A stretch of 64,000 bases of DNA from Macrostomum lignano (lineage: Eukaryota), in NCBI GenBank assembly GCA_002269645.1, contig NIVC01002143.1:42687-106686 (forward strand), given 5' to 3'. The notes under the pieces are model-generated. The model made no database searches. It saw nothing but the letters and a program-made list of their open reading frames with translations, and was not told the DNA's origin. A program made the translations under genes and the position numbers. Position 1 is the stretch's first letter. Each line of letters begins with the position of its first letter. Positions 11,501-22,991 of the stretch are shown here, one piece after another.

Positions 11501-14500
11501 TCTGTGGTTCGAATAGGATGCTTTTTTGTAGAAAATCGATTATAAATACACGTACGGACTCGTGAACAAGCGGGCCTTCATGATTATTTTGCACTATTTA
11601 CGAGTGTTACGTCCTGGTACAACGGTAAGTTCTAGTGGTCCTCTTGAATTCAACCAGGTTACTTTTGTACGAGAGCCTTCTCAGCCCCTTGATGTGGTGT
11701 AGTAACTGGCATGCACCGTACTGTACTTGGCGTACATAGAGCTGCTCATCTTCAATTTGTTAGCAGTCATTAAGGACGATATTTATATTTTCCGTATTTC
11801 AGCTACAGCCTAGCGAACAGCGAGGACGCCGTCAGTACAGGCGACGTGCTGATAATTTGCAATCCGAATCGCGGCCTGTTTCTTGTGTCTTTAAACGGGC
11901 CGACCGTTGGGAAAATGACAGTTAAAAAGAACCGAATTCGGTTGAAACGCCCGGTTCGTCTGGCTTGGAGCTGCGAGCGTCGAATAGTATTTGTAGTGGA
12001 TCAGGCTGGCCAAAATCGCTACGGACTGGCCGCCTTCTCTGTGCAGCAGCAATTTGTACCGAATATGCTGCAACAATGTGCTGTCTTGCCAGATCAGCTT
12101 CTATCTTTGAGCACGCCTTGCGTTCTAGCCAGCGCTGAGGGCATCTGGATCTCTTTGCTCACCAGTGAAGGGCCCAAGATTCTGTGCCTGAGCAGCGACT
12201 GCTTAAGTATTGTTCGAGTGGTCAGACTGAGCTTGGCCGGTGCCGTCAGAGACATGTGCTGGCTGCCGGACAACCGGCTAGGAATCTGCAGCGATGGTGC
12301 CTTATGGACGGTGGATTCTGGAAGCTGCAGTTTGCATCCGGAAAAGTTGGTTGTTTTCATATTTTTACAATCTATTTTATCGTCATTTACCGCACATTAA
12401 ATGACGTTTATCTTTCCTGGTTCTGGAGTGAGCCGTTTTTTTAATTCCCAAAATATTCAGTCCGGAAGGAAACCAACCAATCAGCTACGACGAGATAGCT
12501 ACCAGAAAATCAATAACCATCGTTACTTTGTTCGAAAAATTCGTTGCCTATTATCGATATAACAGGCGTCGCCACCAGGCCTTTCCGCGTCGCTTACGGT
12601 GACACGGAGGACCCAACGAATTTTAAAAAGTAGACCTGTGGAAATTAGTTGTCATGTCATGCACATGATCATTTGATCATGAACAATTTACGAGGCTAGC
12701 AAAACACTTGGTTAGTAGCAATTCTCAAGGTGGTTTTCCCTACGTCGGGAAGTCGGGAGGTTTTTCCAGAACAAATCCGTGTTTCCATATGGATTCCGTG
12801 TCTCCAAACTTGCCTTGTACAAGTGACTATTAAAAGCCTAAAAGCTACGTTAAAACTTTGTTGCAGAAAGCTAAGGGACTCGAACGACCCAAGATACGCT
12901 AAAAGCACAGCGAATGCCTCTGCTGTATCAGCTGCTTACCTGTCTGGCCAGTGCTATATGCTGGAGCAGCCTACTCAAGCTGTTCGAGTATACGATTCGT
13001 TTGGCAATCAGCTTGGCGAATTGGCAGTCACCGACCCGACTAGTGGAGAGACAATTTCCAATTTGCGGCCGCACTGTGTCCGGGCAAGCCAGAAGCTTCA
13101 ACTGGTGATAGTGCTGGACAGGGCGGCCTGCTCTGTGCATGTGTGCCGGCCAGATGGTGGGCTCTATTTCAGCGTTGGGCCCCAGTTCAACGATGCGTAA
13201 GATGGGATTCTATATAAAATGATTGCAATAATTACCAGTAGACAATAGTTTATGGTTTACAGGTATCTTCAAATAATCCATTGTAGTTTCTTTCCCAGCT
13301 TCTCTAACTGTAAAATTGTGTTTTCTGTACATGTACTGTTATCCTCGGGTCTTTTGAAACTTCAAAATAGCAATCCCGACCGCTCAGGATTTTGTGTCTC
13401 GTCTCAGCTCTCTTTGCTTTTCTCTCCTTTCCTCCTCACTTCTATTTTTTGATTTAAAGTTCTAAAATTAGACAGCTGCTGCAATTCTGAGCTGGTACCT
13501 TTCTTGCTGCAAATTTTCTCGGCTAGTTTTAATTCTGCCTGTGCCTCTAAATAACTACTCGCAGCTTCAGCCTGCTGACCCCCGAGGATGCAGTCGCTGC
13601 CGACAGCATTCTACTAATCTGCAGTCCGGAGTTCGCGCTCTACCTGGTGTCGCTAAAACGCCCAGCCACTTGGCGAACTGTCGTCACGAAACGGCGCTGC
13701 GGACTCGCCTGTCCGGTGCGCCTGGCCTGGCTGGCCTCCCGTCAGTGGCTAGTCGTAGCCGACCAATTGCCCGATAGGGTTTTCTACAGAATCCAGCCGT
13801 TCTCTATCAGCTCAAACGAGAAAGCGGCTACGCTATTTAAGCAGTGCTTGCCGGTTGTTATTGAGTCGCTGACTAGGCCGAGCCTGCTGTGCGGTCGGGA
13901 CTGCATCCTGGCAGCTTGCAGCAGGCCGAACAACTCAAATATTATAGTGCTCATCGCCGCTGGAGCCCACCAGCTTGTGCAGCAATTCTCCGATGGAGAG
14001 GCAACTGCTGACAGTCTGGCGGTAACCGACCTGTTCTGGTGGGACCAGCGCCTGGCTGGTTGCCATGGCAACAGGCTGTTGCTATGGCCCGATGTTCACT
14101 ACGAAAGGTTAGTATCATAGTTATAATGATTTCATCAAGAACAGTGAATATGCTAGTAACAGCTGACTTCAACTCACTACTGCACTACTGCTAGTGCTAC
14201 ATGTATGTTCTCATCAAATGGCTAGCAGTAGTATAAGGCGGGCATTCTCTATGCCTTTTTCAAATTTAATATCGTGTATTTCTTATTTATCGGGTTAATA
14301 GAGAACTTGTTTGATTTCTTCCAGCTACAGCGACGCCTCGTGCCAACCGTACGTCGAGTCTGCGGCCTTCTTATCGCCTGACAGAGGCTTCGTCCTTGAA
14401 CTGCCATCCGGTTCTGTCCAGCTGTCCAAGTCGCTTGGCCATTTGTCGGCCGACAAGTTAAGGCTGACCCAGTCGGGACAGGCCAAGTTCGTGCCGCAGC

Positions 14501-15721
14501 CAGCGCGAGTTCGAGTCTGCTCGGAGCGCGGCCTCCTCATCTTGCTTGACCCGTCAGCTGAAGCTGTTCACGTTTGCGACTCGGAGGGCGGACTGTGGTT
14601 CTCAGTTGGACCGCGATTCGGCACTGAGTGAGTTTGAAGCTTCATCATTTAGTTTTTTTGCTTGTCCTTATCAGCCAGCTCAAGGGATTGCTAGTTAAGC
14701 AGAGTTGGCAGCGGTTAGTACGCATTGGCTGTTTGCGTCACCCCTGGAGGCAGCAACAGTGAGCCTGCTTTGACTTAGAAAGCAGCTATGTACAAGCTGG
14801 GAGTTGCCAGCACTGTATAAGCCGTAACAAGAGGCAACTGGAATCTTTATTATCTTGAGAATGCGTATTCAACTGGGTTGGTGCAACAAGGGTTTACATT
14901 GTATCTTTCAGTATTTGCATTAGGAGATATTTCCATAGTACATTATTGCTTTCTATTGGCCGTGGCTGGGGTCGAATGCTCAGCTTTTGTTTGTTAAGAT
15001 AAAAGGGACTTAAAAAACAGCTGCCAAAAGTATCATAGATACAGCACCAATCTGTCATAGATATCAAACCAAAAGCTAGCTCCATCTTTCAAACTGATGA
15101 TTTACTTCACCTTTACGCATCTTCAGCTCTTCGCTGTCAAAGCCATCAGATGCCATCAGCACTGGCGAGCTGCTGGCGATCTGCTCGCCTGACAGGGGCC
15201 TCTTCCTGGTGTCCCTGGAGCAGCCCAGCCAGTGGAGAACCACAATAAAAAAAGAGCGCAACAAGCTGCGCCGGCCGATCCGCCTGGCCTGGAGCAGCTC
15301 CCGCCAGTTGCTCATCGTGCTTGACGAAGTCTCCACCGACAGATTCTCCATGAGCACCTTCCAGATCGTGAAGAGCCCTACTGCTGCCACGCTGCATCTC
15401 CAGGCCGCTCTTCGCGACCCCGTTCGCTCCCTGGCCGTCCCCAGCGTGCTGAGCAGCAGCGGCGGCTTCCTGCTGTCCGCGCTCACCGAGGAGGGGCCTC
15501 GGCTGCTGAGCGTGGCCGACGACTGCTCGGCTGTCAGCACCGTCGCCGACTGCCAGCTGCCTGCGGATGGCGGCGCCGTCACCGACATGAGCTGGCTTAA
15601 GGGGGAGCTCTGGCTGTGCTGCGGTGGCAAGTTGATTAAGCCTGACTTGGCCCCGTCTTTGTCTTCCATCACTTCAACGTCATCAGTCCAGCCTGATGGA
15701 CCAGTGATTTCCAGTGTTTAA
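8571..15721 (+). CDS. Multi-propeller gene A: N-terminal helical domain, ~6x 10-aa repeat and four tandem NHL-like beta-propellers, ~1342 aa. Exons 8571-9316, 9451-9984, 10064-10498, 11803-12345, 12867-13196, 13565-14107, 14325-14627, 15127-15721
   Basis: Eight ORF-track fragments join in frame through seven GT-AG introns, all phase 2 (4029 nt, 1343 codons including stop). Each unit repeats the pattern S(A/V)AxLSDxxxxLxQP...P.RIRVC...LVIVLD...V.VC..DG.L.FSVGP.F | L..PEDAVS..LLAICSP...L.RPVRLAW...LVVLDEV...SLA.P.VL.S..G.LLS.LT.EGP.I...VTDM.W...L..C.GG, i.e. six NHL-like blades. Confidence 0.8.
10737..11010 (+). mobile_element. tRNA-derived SINE, near full length, in intron 3 of gene A
   Basis: A-box-like TAGCCTGGTGG and B-box GGTTCGATTC; body tgcttcagttcacccagctttaaaatgag resembling the CORE/MIR domain; 3' segment shared with 47345-47487; ATT-rich tail. 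Confidence 0.75.
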
Positions 15722-16667
15722 TTCGTCTAGATGTTCAATAGATCATCTCGGGAAATCTGAGTATTCTGACTATCAAGTATTAAACTATTCTGCCTGACTT
15801 TCTATAGTTTAGCTAGGAGTATTTAAAACATTACAATACAATTGCAAAATTTTAAGAGCTTTTACCCTTTTTGTAAAGAGAACATTTGATTCTTTATTGA
15901 CTGGCTTTCATTCGATGTTAGTTTTAGTTTGCTAAGAAGTGTCTGATTAATAAAGTGTCTGATTAGTTGATGCATACTTTTTTCACCTCGATAATAATTT
16001 ACCATGACTAGAAGGAAATTTTTCCAGTAGTAGTATTTTATGCCTGTTTTGCTGTTAGACTCTTCATATCTATTTATTTATCTGACAAAAATTATATTTG
16101 TTCTACTGTTGGCTATCCAATAAAATTATTTTTCAATTTTCACGAAACCAACTGATGCTAAAATCAGTTGCTACAGCTCCAAAACAATCCGCATTTTTTT
16201 CTTTAAAGCTTGAAAATTGACCCACGTCTTTCTAGTAAAGGTAGCTGTGTTTACTTAGAGTCAAGGGGGCTGTGTGCACCCGTGGTGCAGATTTTGCGAC
16301 ATTGTCGCACAACCGGCGAGAGGCATTGCTGCCCATTCCGCCGACTCCCTCTGAGCAGGCACACAAGCGCGCGGATACGTACGCAGTCAAACGCACAGGC
16401 ACACACTCACACAGGAGTGTACAATGGCCCTAACTTTATTTATCGTTAGGCATGTACACTTCACTGTGCCTTGGGGGTTGGTCATCAAGAGCGTTAATCG
16501 CACGAGCAGAGTCAAGCCGAGATTCTAATTTAGCCCCAAAAATTAAGTGACTGCACTTGGAATCGAGACTGGACCGCACCTGGACCACTAGGCTACTCGT
16601 CTAAAGCTACTTACGTTACAATATTATGCTTTCCAATAAGTTCCATGGCAACGAACAATATTTCAGC

Positions 16668-19600
16668 ATGGATTCGCCGGCCGTTGACGCCCTGCCGCAG
16701 CCCAGCAGCTTCGTTGAGCAGCTTCAACTGGCTGTGCAGAGGCGCCGGACTGCTGTAGCCGCGGAGATGGCCAGCCGAAGCCGGGCTCGAGACCGCCTGC
16801 GGGCCATCGTCGATATGGAGCTGCCAGCCTCTCTAGAGGAGCTGCTGGATGCTGAGGCTGTCCTGGATGATGCGCTCAGTGATGAGTCCAGCTGGGCAGT
16901 CAGCTGCTCATGGGATGAGGCTGCGGCGGAGTCTGCGGCTATCGAACTGCTCAGAGTGATGAAGAAACTTCTTGATGCCTCAGGAGCTGAGTCAGCCACT
17001 GATTCGTCAAGTCAGGCTGTGTCAGCTACTGTTGCATCAAAACAGGCTGTGTCAGCTACTGATTCGTCAAATCAGGCTGTGTCAGCTACTGGTGCATCAA
17101 AACAGGCTGCGTCAGCTACTGGTGCATCAAAACAGGCTGTGTCAGCTACTGATTCGTCAAGTCAGGCTGCGTCAGCTACTGGTGCATCAAAACAGGCTGT
17201 GTCAGCTACTGATTCGTCAAGTCAGGCTGTGTCAGCTACTGGTGCATCAAAACAGGCTGTGTCAGCTACTGGTGCATCAAAACAGGCTGCGTCAGCTACT
17301 GGTGCATCAAAACAGGCTGCGTCAGCTACTGGTGCATCAAATCAGGCTGTGTCAGCTACTGATTCGTCAAGTCAGGCTGTGTCAGCTACTGATTCGTCAA
17401 GTCAGGCTGTGTCAGCTACTGTTGCATCAAAACAGGCTGTGTCAGCTACTGATTCGTCAAATCAGGCTGTGTCAGCTACTGGTGCATCAAAACAGGCTGC
17501 GTCAGCTACTGGTGCATCAAAACAGGCTGTGTCAGCTACTGATTCGTCAAGTCAGGCTGCGTCAGCTACTGGTGCATCAAAACAGGCTGTGTCAGCTACT
17601 GATTCGTCAAGTCAGGCTGTGTCAGCTACTGGTGCATCAAAACAGGCTGTGTCAGCTACTGGTGCATCAAAACAGGCTGCGTCAGCTACTGGTGCATCAA
17701 AACAGGCTGCGTCAGCTACTGGTGCATCAAATCAGGCTGTGTCAGCTACTGATTCGTCAAGTCAGGCTGTGTCAGCTACTGATTCGTCAAGTCAGGCTGT
17801 GTCAGCTACTGATTCGTCAAGTCAGGCTGTGTCAGCTACTGATTCGTCAAGTCAGGCTGTGTCAGCTACTGATTCGTCAAAACAGGCTGAGTCAGCTACT
17901 GATTCGTCAAGTCAAGCTGTGTCAGCTACTGGTGCATCTAAACAGGCTGCTGCGTCCGTGGCCAGCCTGTCAGGCCAGCTCCTTGTGCTGGAGCAGCCAT
18001 CAAATGTCATTTGGAATTTCGGCTCTCCTGGCGCTGCAGCCTCGGTCAGTCACCTGACTGTGACGAACCCTGATGGGTCTGCGGTGGCTCTGCAGCCCCA
18101 TCGCATTCGGGTCTGTAGCAAACGGAAGCTGGTGATTGTAGTTGACAAAAGTGCCGGTGTTGTGGCCGTCTGTCGGCCTGACGGTCAGCTTGGGTTCAGC
18201 GTTGGGCCAAAGTTCAGCTGCCACAAGTTAGTGAACCCGATTTAATAAAGTATACTTTTGCACGATTTCATTTAAAGCTTGAATTCCACTTTAGAAAGCT
18301 CGTGCAACACCCAGAGGACGCAGTGAGTACAGGTGACCAGCTCGTATTCTGCTGTCCAGACTCTGCGATCTTGATGGTGTCCATCGCACGTCCTAAGAGT
18401 TGGCGTACGACACTCGTGAAGGAGCTGCTCAAGCTCAAAAGGCCTGTGCGTCTAGAGTGGCTGTTGAAGCCGAAGCTGCTAATCGTTCTTGACGAAGTTG
18501 GAAAGTGTCAGTATAAACTGTACGCATTTTCCATCTCCCTGACAAAGACGTCTGCTAATTTAAAAGTAAAGTCCCAGTCCAGTGCTCCAGTGAAGTCCCT
18601 GGCCACTCCGTGCGTGCTGTGCAGCAGCAGCGGCACTCTGCTGTCTGTGCTGAGCTCTGAGGGACCGCAGATTGTCTGCATGGATGACGCCTGCACTTCA
18701 GTGCTGAGAACTGTTCGCTTATCGGTCAGGAAACCGGTGACTGACATGTGCTGGAGTGACCAGACACTGCTTGTCTGCTCCGGTGGACAGGTTACTGATT
18801 GTGGCAGGTGAGAGAGCCTGAACTGTCACATTTTGATTGCGGAACAACCTGACCTGTGTGCTGCTTTATTTCCATTGCAGAGAATACCAGTATTTTCCAA
18901 AGCTGACCAACAGTCAAGCTTCAGAGCTCAGCAAAGCTACTCAGCCTGGAGCCTCAGCTGTTCCACCCCAGACTCTGCTTACAGTGGGCTCGTCGGTACA
19001 AATTCACTCGGCTGCATTCCTGTCGGGCCAGTGCTTTTTTCTTCATCTGCAGTCTCCAGCTGTTCGAGTCTGCGACTCGGAGTCAAACCAAATTAGCAGC
19101 TTGTCAGTAACCAGCTCAGCTTCTGCGTCAGTTGCATCGCAGCAGCCGCGCGCTGTTCGAGTTTGCCGCAGCCGTCGCTTGGTGTTCATCGTATACCCGA
19201 GTGCGGTGCTCGTCTGCCAGCCAGATGGCCAGCTCAGCTTCCAGGTTGGGCCAAAGTTTAGCGACGCGTGAGTTTACTGAGCTCAATAGTTCATAAGCTG
19301 CCGTGTATCGAAGATAATTCGCAATTACAGAGTTTCATACATAATGAAACTGACAAAGTTCCATAATGGAAAAAGAGCCATTTTGCAACATCTTTTCGAG
19401 GTTTACAAAGTTTCGTTCGGGTTGGGCAGCTCAGTGTCTCTTCCTTCTTACTGTTCCAACCAGCCACAGACGTCAGTCAGGAGCGGTTAGTATAGAATTT
19501 CAATCCGTTGCAGTCTTTGCTTTAGGCTTGACCGCAGAGTTTCATGGTCGGTTGTCATGATTACGCGGTAAAACAGTGGTCGCCAAACTCCGGCCTGCGG

Positions 19601-22045
19601 ACCACATGGGCCCGCGAAGCTTCTTTATCCGGCCATCCGGTCCTTTCAAACTTCACAATAGCAATCCGGCCCGCTCAAGATTGGTGTCTTTTCAGATCTC
19701 TCTCTCTGCTTTCTTCCCTCTCTTCTCTCCTCACTCCCATTTTTTCCTCTCTCCCCTCTCCCCTCCCTCCTCTCCTGTCTCCTCTCTCCCCCTTCTCCCC
19801 ACTCTCCTTTTCTCCCTCTCCCTCTCCTCTCTTCCCTCTTCTTTCTCTCTCCATTCTTCTCTCTCATCTTCTATTCCCTCTCCTTTCCACTCTTATCAAA
19901 CCCGCAGCCATTAGCTGGTTTCTTTATCTGGTCCTTGAGTTAAAATTTTCTAAACCAAGCACTCTTTCTGCACTGCTAACTGACTGTTTCCAATGCAGCT
20001 ACAGCCTGGAAGCCCCAGAAGACGCTGTCAGCACCGGTCAGTTGCTCGCCATCTGCAGTCCCGAGTTCGCTCTCTACCTGGTGTCGCTAACCAAACCGGA
20101 CGCCTGGCGGACCACCGTGCGGAAAGGCCGCTGCGACCTCGCCTGTCCGGTGCGTCTCGGCTGGATGGCCTCGCGCAAGTGGCTGGTGGTGGCCGACGAG
20201 ACCGCGGCTGCGTCCACCGGGCGCAGAGTGCGACCCGGTGCGTACAGAATCCTGGCCTTTACCATCACTGTCATCAAGACATCGGCCGCGCTGTCTCCGC
20301 AAGGATCTCCAGCGGGTGGAGTTCCGGTTGAGTCGCTGACTAGGCCGAGTCTGCTGTGCGGCCGGGATTGCATCTTGGTGTCTGTCAGCGGTACCAGCGG
20401 ATCCAAAGTTCTTCTGCTGTCTGGCAGTCAGTGCGATTCAGTGCAACAGTTTACCGTTGAAGATGCGGGTTCTTCATTGGCTACTAACTTGTTTTGGTGG
20501 CAGCGAGAGCTGGCTTGTTGCCATGGAAACAAGCTACTACTCTGGCCGGAAATTAGCTATGAGAGGTTTGTCATTCTAAATGTTTTTTTCAGCTGTTGTA
20601 TTTTGCTATATCGACCCGGTCGCTTCCATTTTCACTCGGTTGCTTCAATTGTCACTCGGTTGCTTTTATTTTCTCTCTGTTGCTTAAATCATCACTCGGT
20701 TGCTTTACTTTTCACTCGGTTGCTTTAATTGTCACTCGGCTGCTTCAATTTTCACTCGGTTGCTTAAATTGTCACTCGGTCGCTTCAATTGTCACTCGGT
20801 CGCTTCACTTGTCACTCGGTCGCTTCAATTGTCACTCGCTCGCTTCAATTGTCACTCGGTTGCTTCAATTGTCACTCGGTTGCTTCAATTGTCACTCGGT
20901 CGCTTCAATTGTCACTCGGTCACTTCAATTGTCACTCGGTCGCTTCAATTGTCACTCGGTCGCTTCAATTTTTGTTCGGCTGCTCTTGCTGGCTTATTAT
21001 TACTGATAAGAACCGAGCCAACCCAGAGCCAAAAGTGTCACTAGAAGCTGTTAATGTCCGCCATGCCAATTCCGCCACAGCTGCAGCAGTTGGACCCCAT
21101 CAGCGGAGACAGCTGCGCCAAAACAGCAGAGTCCAGCTGATGTCACCTCTGACATCCTGGTTTCCTCAGCAGCCCGCCTGTCTGATCAGCTGTACATTCT
21201 GGAGCTGACTTCCAGATCCGTCCTAGTGGCATCAATGGACTGTCAGGACCGCCCGGCCAGCAGGCAGCCGCTGACGCTGACCAAATCTGACGGCTCAAAG
21301 CTCAGCCCGCAGACAGCGCGAATCCGAGTCTGCGAGGAGCGCGGGCTTCTCATTCTCATTGATGAGCCGAGTCAAATTGTCTATGTCTGCAGCTCGGAGG
21401 GTAGACTGCAGTTTTCTGTTGGTCCTCGATTCAGCACCAAGTAAGGCGAATTTGATATTGTAATCATCTTTGCTCAATTGCCTGTAAAAATTAATTTCAT
21501 TGTTCACCTTCCGGATCTGCAGCTTTCTGCTTTCTAAGCCATCAGATGCCATCAGCACTGGCGAGCTGCTGGCGATCTGCTCACCTGACAGGGGCCTCTA
21601 CCTGGTGTCCCTGGCGCAGCCCAGTCAGTGGAGAACCACAATAAAAAAAGAGCGCAACAAGCTGCGCCGGCCGATCCGCCTGGCCTGGAGCGGCTCCCGC
21701 CAGCTGCTCATCGTGCTTGACGAAGTCTCCACCGACAGATTCTCCGTGAGCACCTTCCAGATCGTGAAGAGCCCTACTGCTGCCACGCTGCATCTCCAGG
21801 CCGCTCTTCGCGACCCCGTTCGCTCCCTGGCCGTCCCCAGCGTGCTGAGCAGCAGCGGCGGCTTCCTGCTGTCCGCACTCACCGAGGAGGGGCCTCGGCT
21901 GCTGACCGTGGCCGCCGACTGCTCGGCTGTCAGCACCGTCGCCGACTGCCAGCTGCCTGCGGATGGCGGCGCCGTCACCGACATGAGCTGGGCGGGGCGG
22001 CAGCTCTTGCTGTGCTGCGGCGGCAAGTTGATTCTTGACACCTGA
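16668..22045 (+). CDS. Multi-propeller gene B: N-terminal helical domain, 32x 10-aa repeat and three NHL-like propellers, ~1302 aa. Exons 16668-18226, 18295-18807, 18881-19267, 19999-20565, ~21081-21440, 21523-22045
   Basis: Paralogous to gene A. The five GT-AG introns are all phase 2 and give a continuous frame (3909 nt). ATG at 16668 follows tttcag|c, as in gene C; an in-frame upstream ATG at 16626 also exists. The acceptor of exon 5 could be 21081 or 21087. Confidence 0.8.
16990..17950 (+). repeat. Coding 30-bp VNTR (SAT[G/D][A/S]S[K/S/N]QA[V/A]) x32 in gene B
   Basis: In frame within exon 1 of gene B; homologous arrays at ~8870-9060 (about 6 units) and ~23315-23735 (14 units). Confidence 0.95.
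19574..19720 (+). mobile_element. hAT/Charlie-like transposon terminus fragment in an intron of gene B
   Basis: cagtggtcgccaaactccggcctgcggaccacatgggcccgcga resembles typical hAT left ends. The downstream part is also seen in the gene A intron at ~13355-13430. No matching right end was found. Confidence 0.4.
20620..20970. repeat. 20-bp minisatellite (tcactcggtcgcttcaattg), gene B intron
   Basis: Tandem copies visible. Confidence 0.9.
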
Positions 22046-22991
22046 AGTTAGTTGAGTTGGCATGCATTTACTTGTAGATTGGCTAAGTTGCTTACTAGCA
22101 GATAGTGCGAGTTACCAGTGAGCGTGTGCATGAGTGCGTGCGGTACTGGCGCGCTTGTATGTGCTTAGTAGTCAGCGGAACGGGGCATGATGCCTACAGC
22201 TCTTCGATTTTGTATCTTTATTTATTCAAGCGTCTACTACTACTATCAAAAAAGAGATTTAGGCTAGCAATCAGGCTCACTATCACCAGGCTCGCAGGTG
22301 TTATGCTCTCAGATAAGCCTGAAGCAAGCGGAAGGATCAGGAATAACCGGAACCAGACCAAACTGTCAAACTACTTGTCAATCGGAGCCTGATAATTAAA
22401 GACTATTATGTAAACTTTAGCTCAAAAGATAGAGTCTCTTCTTATCCTTTTGCTTGTTCTCTCCTATCCTAGGTCCAATTTTTGTCACTTTTGCCAAATT
22501 CAGCTTACTGGTGTCACTGTGAGCAGAATGACGTATTATTTGTGTACATACATGTAGGTTACTCGGGCTCCACTTTATGAGCTTAAGTTGACAGGCCCTT
22601 TACTTCGTTTATTTTCGGTGTTAATCGATGGTGGCCAACCACGTGGCGAATTATTAATCTAAGCTGTGCTGTAATTTAACGCTTTTGTGTTGCCTCTGCA
22701 TCGTTATTTGTGACTTTTCTGGCTGTACAGTGCATGCAGTGATTGCGATAGAGTTTTGTTTATGATTACTGCCTATTACTGTGTTATTTATTCAACACTT
22801 ATTGCAGAGCAACTATTTGTTCAATACTGTGCCATATTCAATGCTCTATGAAAATAACATAGGCTGCCCTGTCAGCTCGTGTTGACATTTTATGACCATT
22901 GTTTTCTTCATTTTATTTAACTTCAAGGTAGGACTCAGAGCCTAGAAATTCGGTTTCTTATAGTTTCTATGGCAACGAATAATATTTCAGC

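Noticed and set aside
16972-18057. 361-aa ORF ([10 protein letters not shown] repeats) and its 176-aa counterpart at 23296-23826
   Set aside because: Alternative frame of the coding VNTR; the Ser/Ala/Thr frame is the one continuous with the head and propeller.
19544-19998. Hydrophobic Leu/Ser/Pro N-terminal part of the 394-aa ORF as a transmembrane segment of gene B
   Set aside because: It is a polypyrimidine (CT-rich) intron tract; the exon starts at 19999 after caatgcag.
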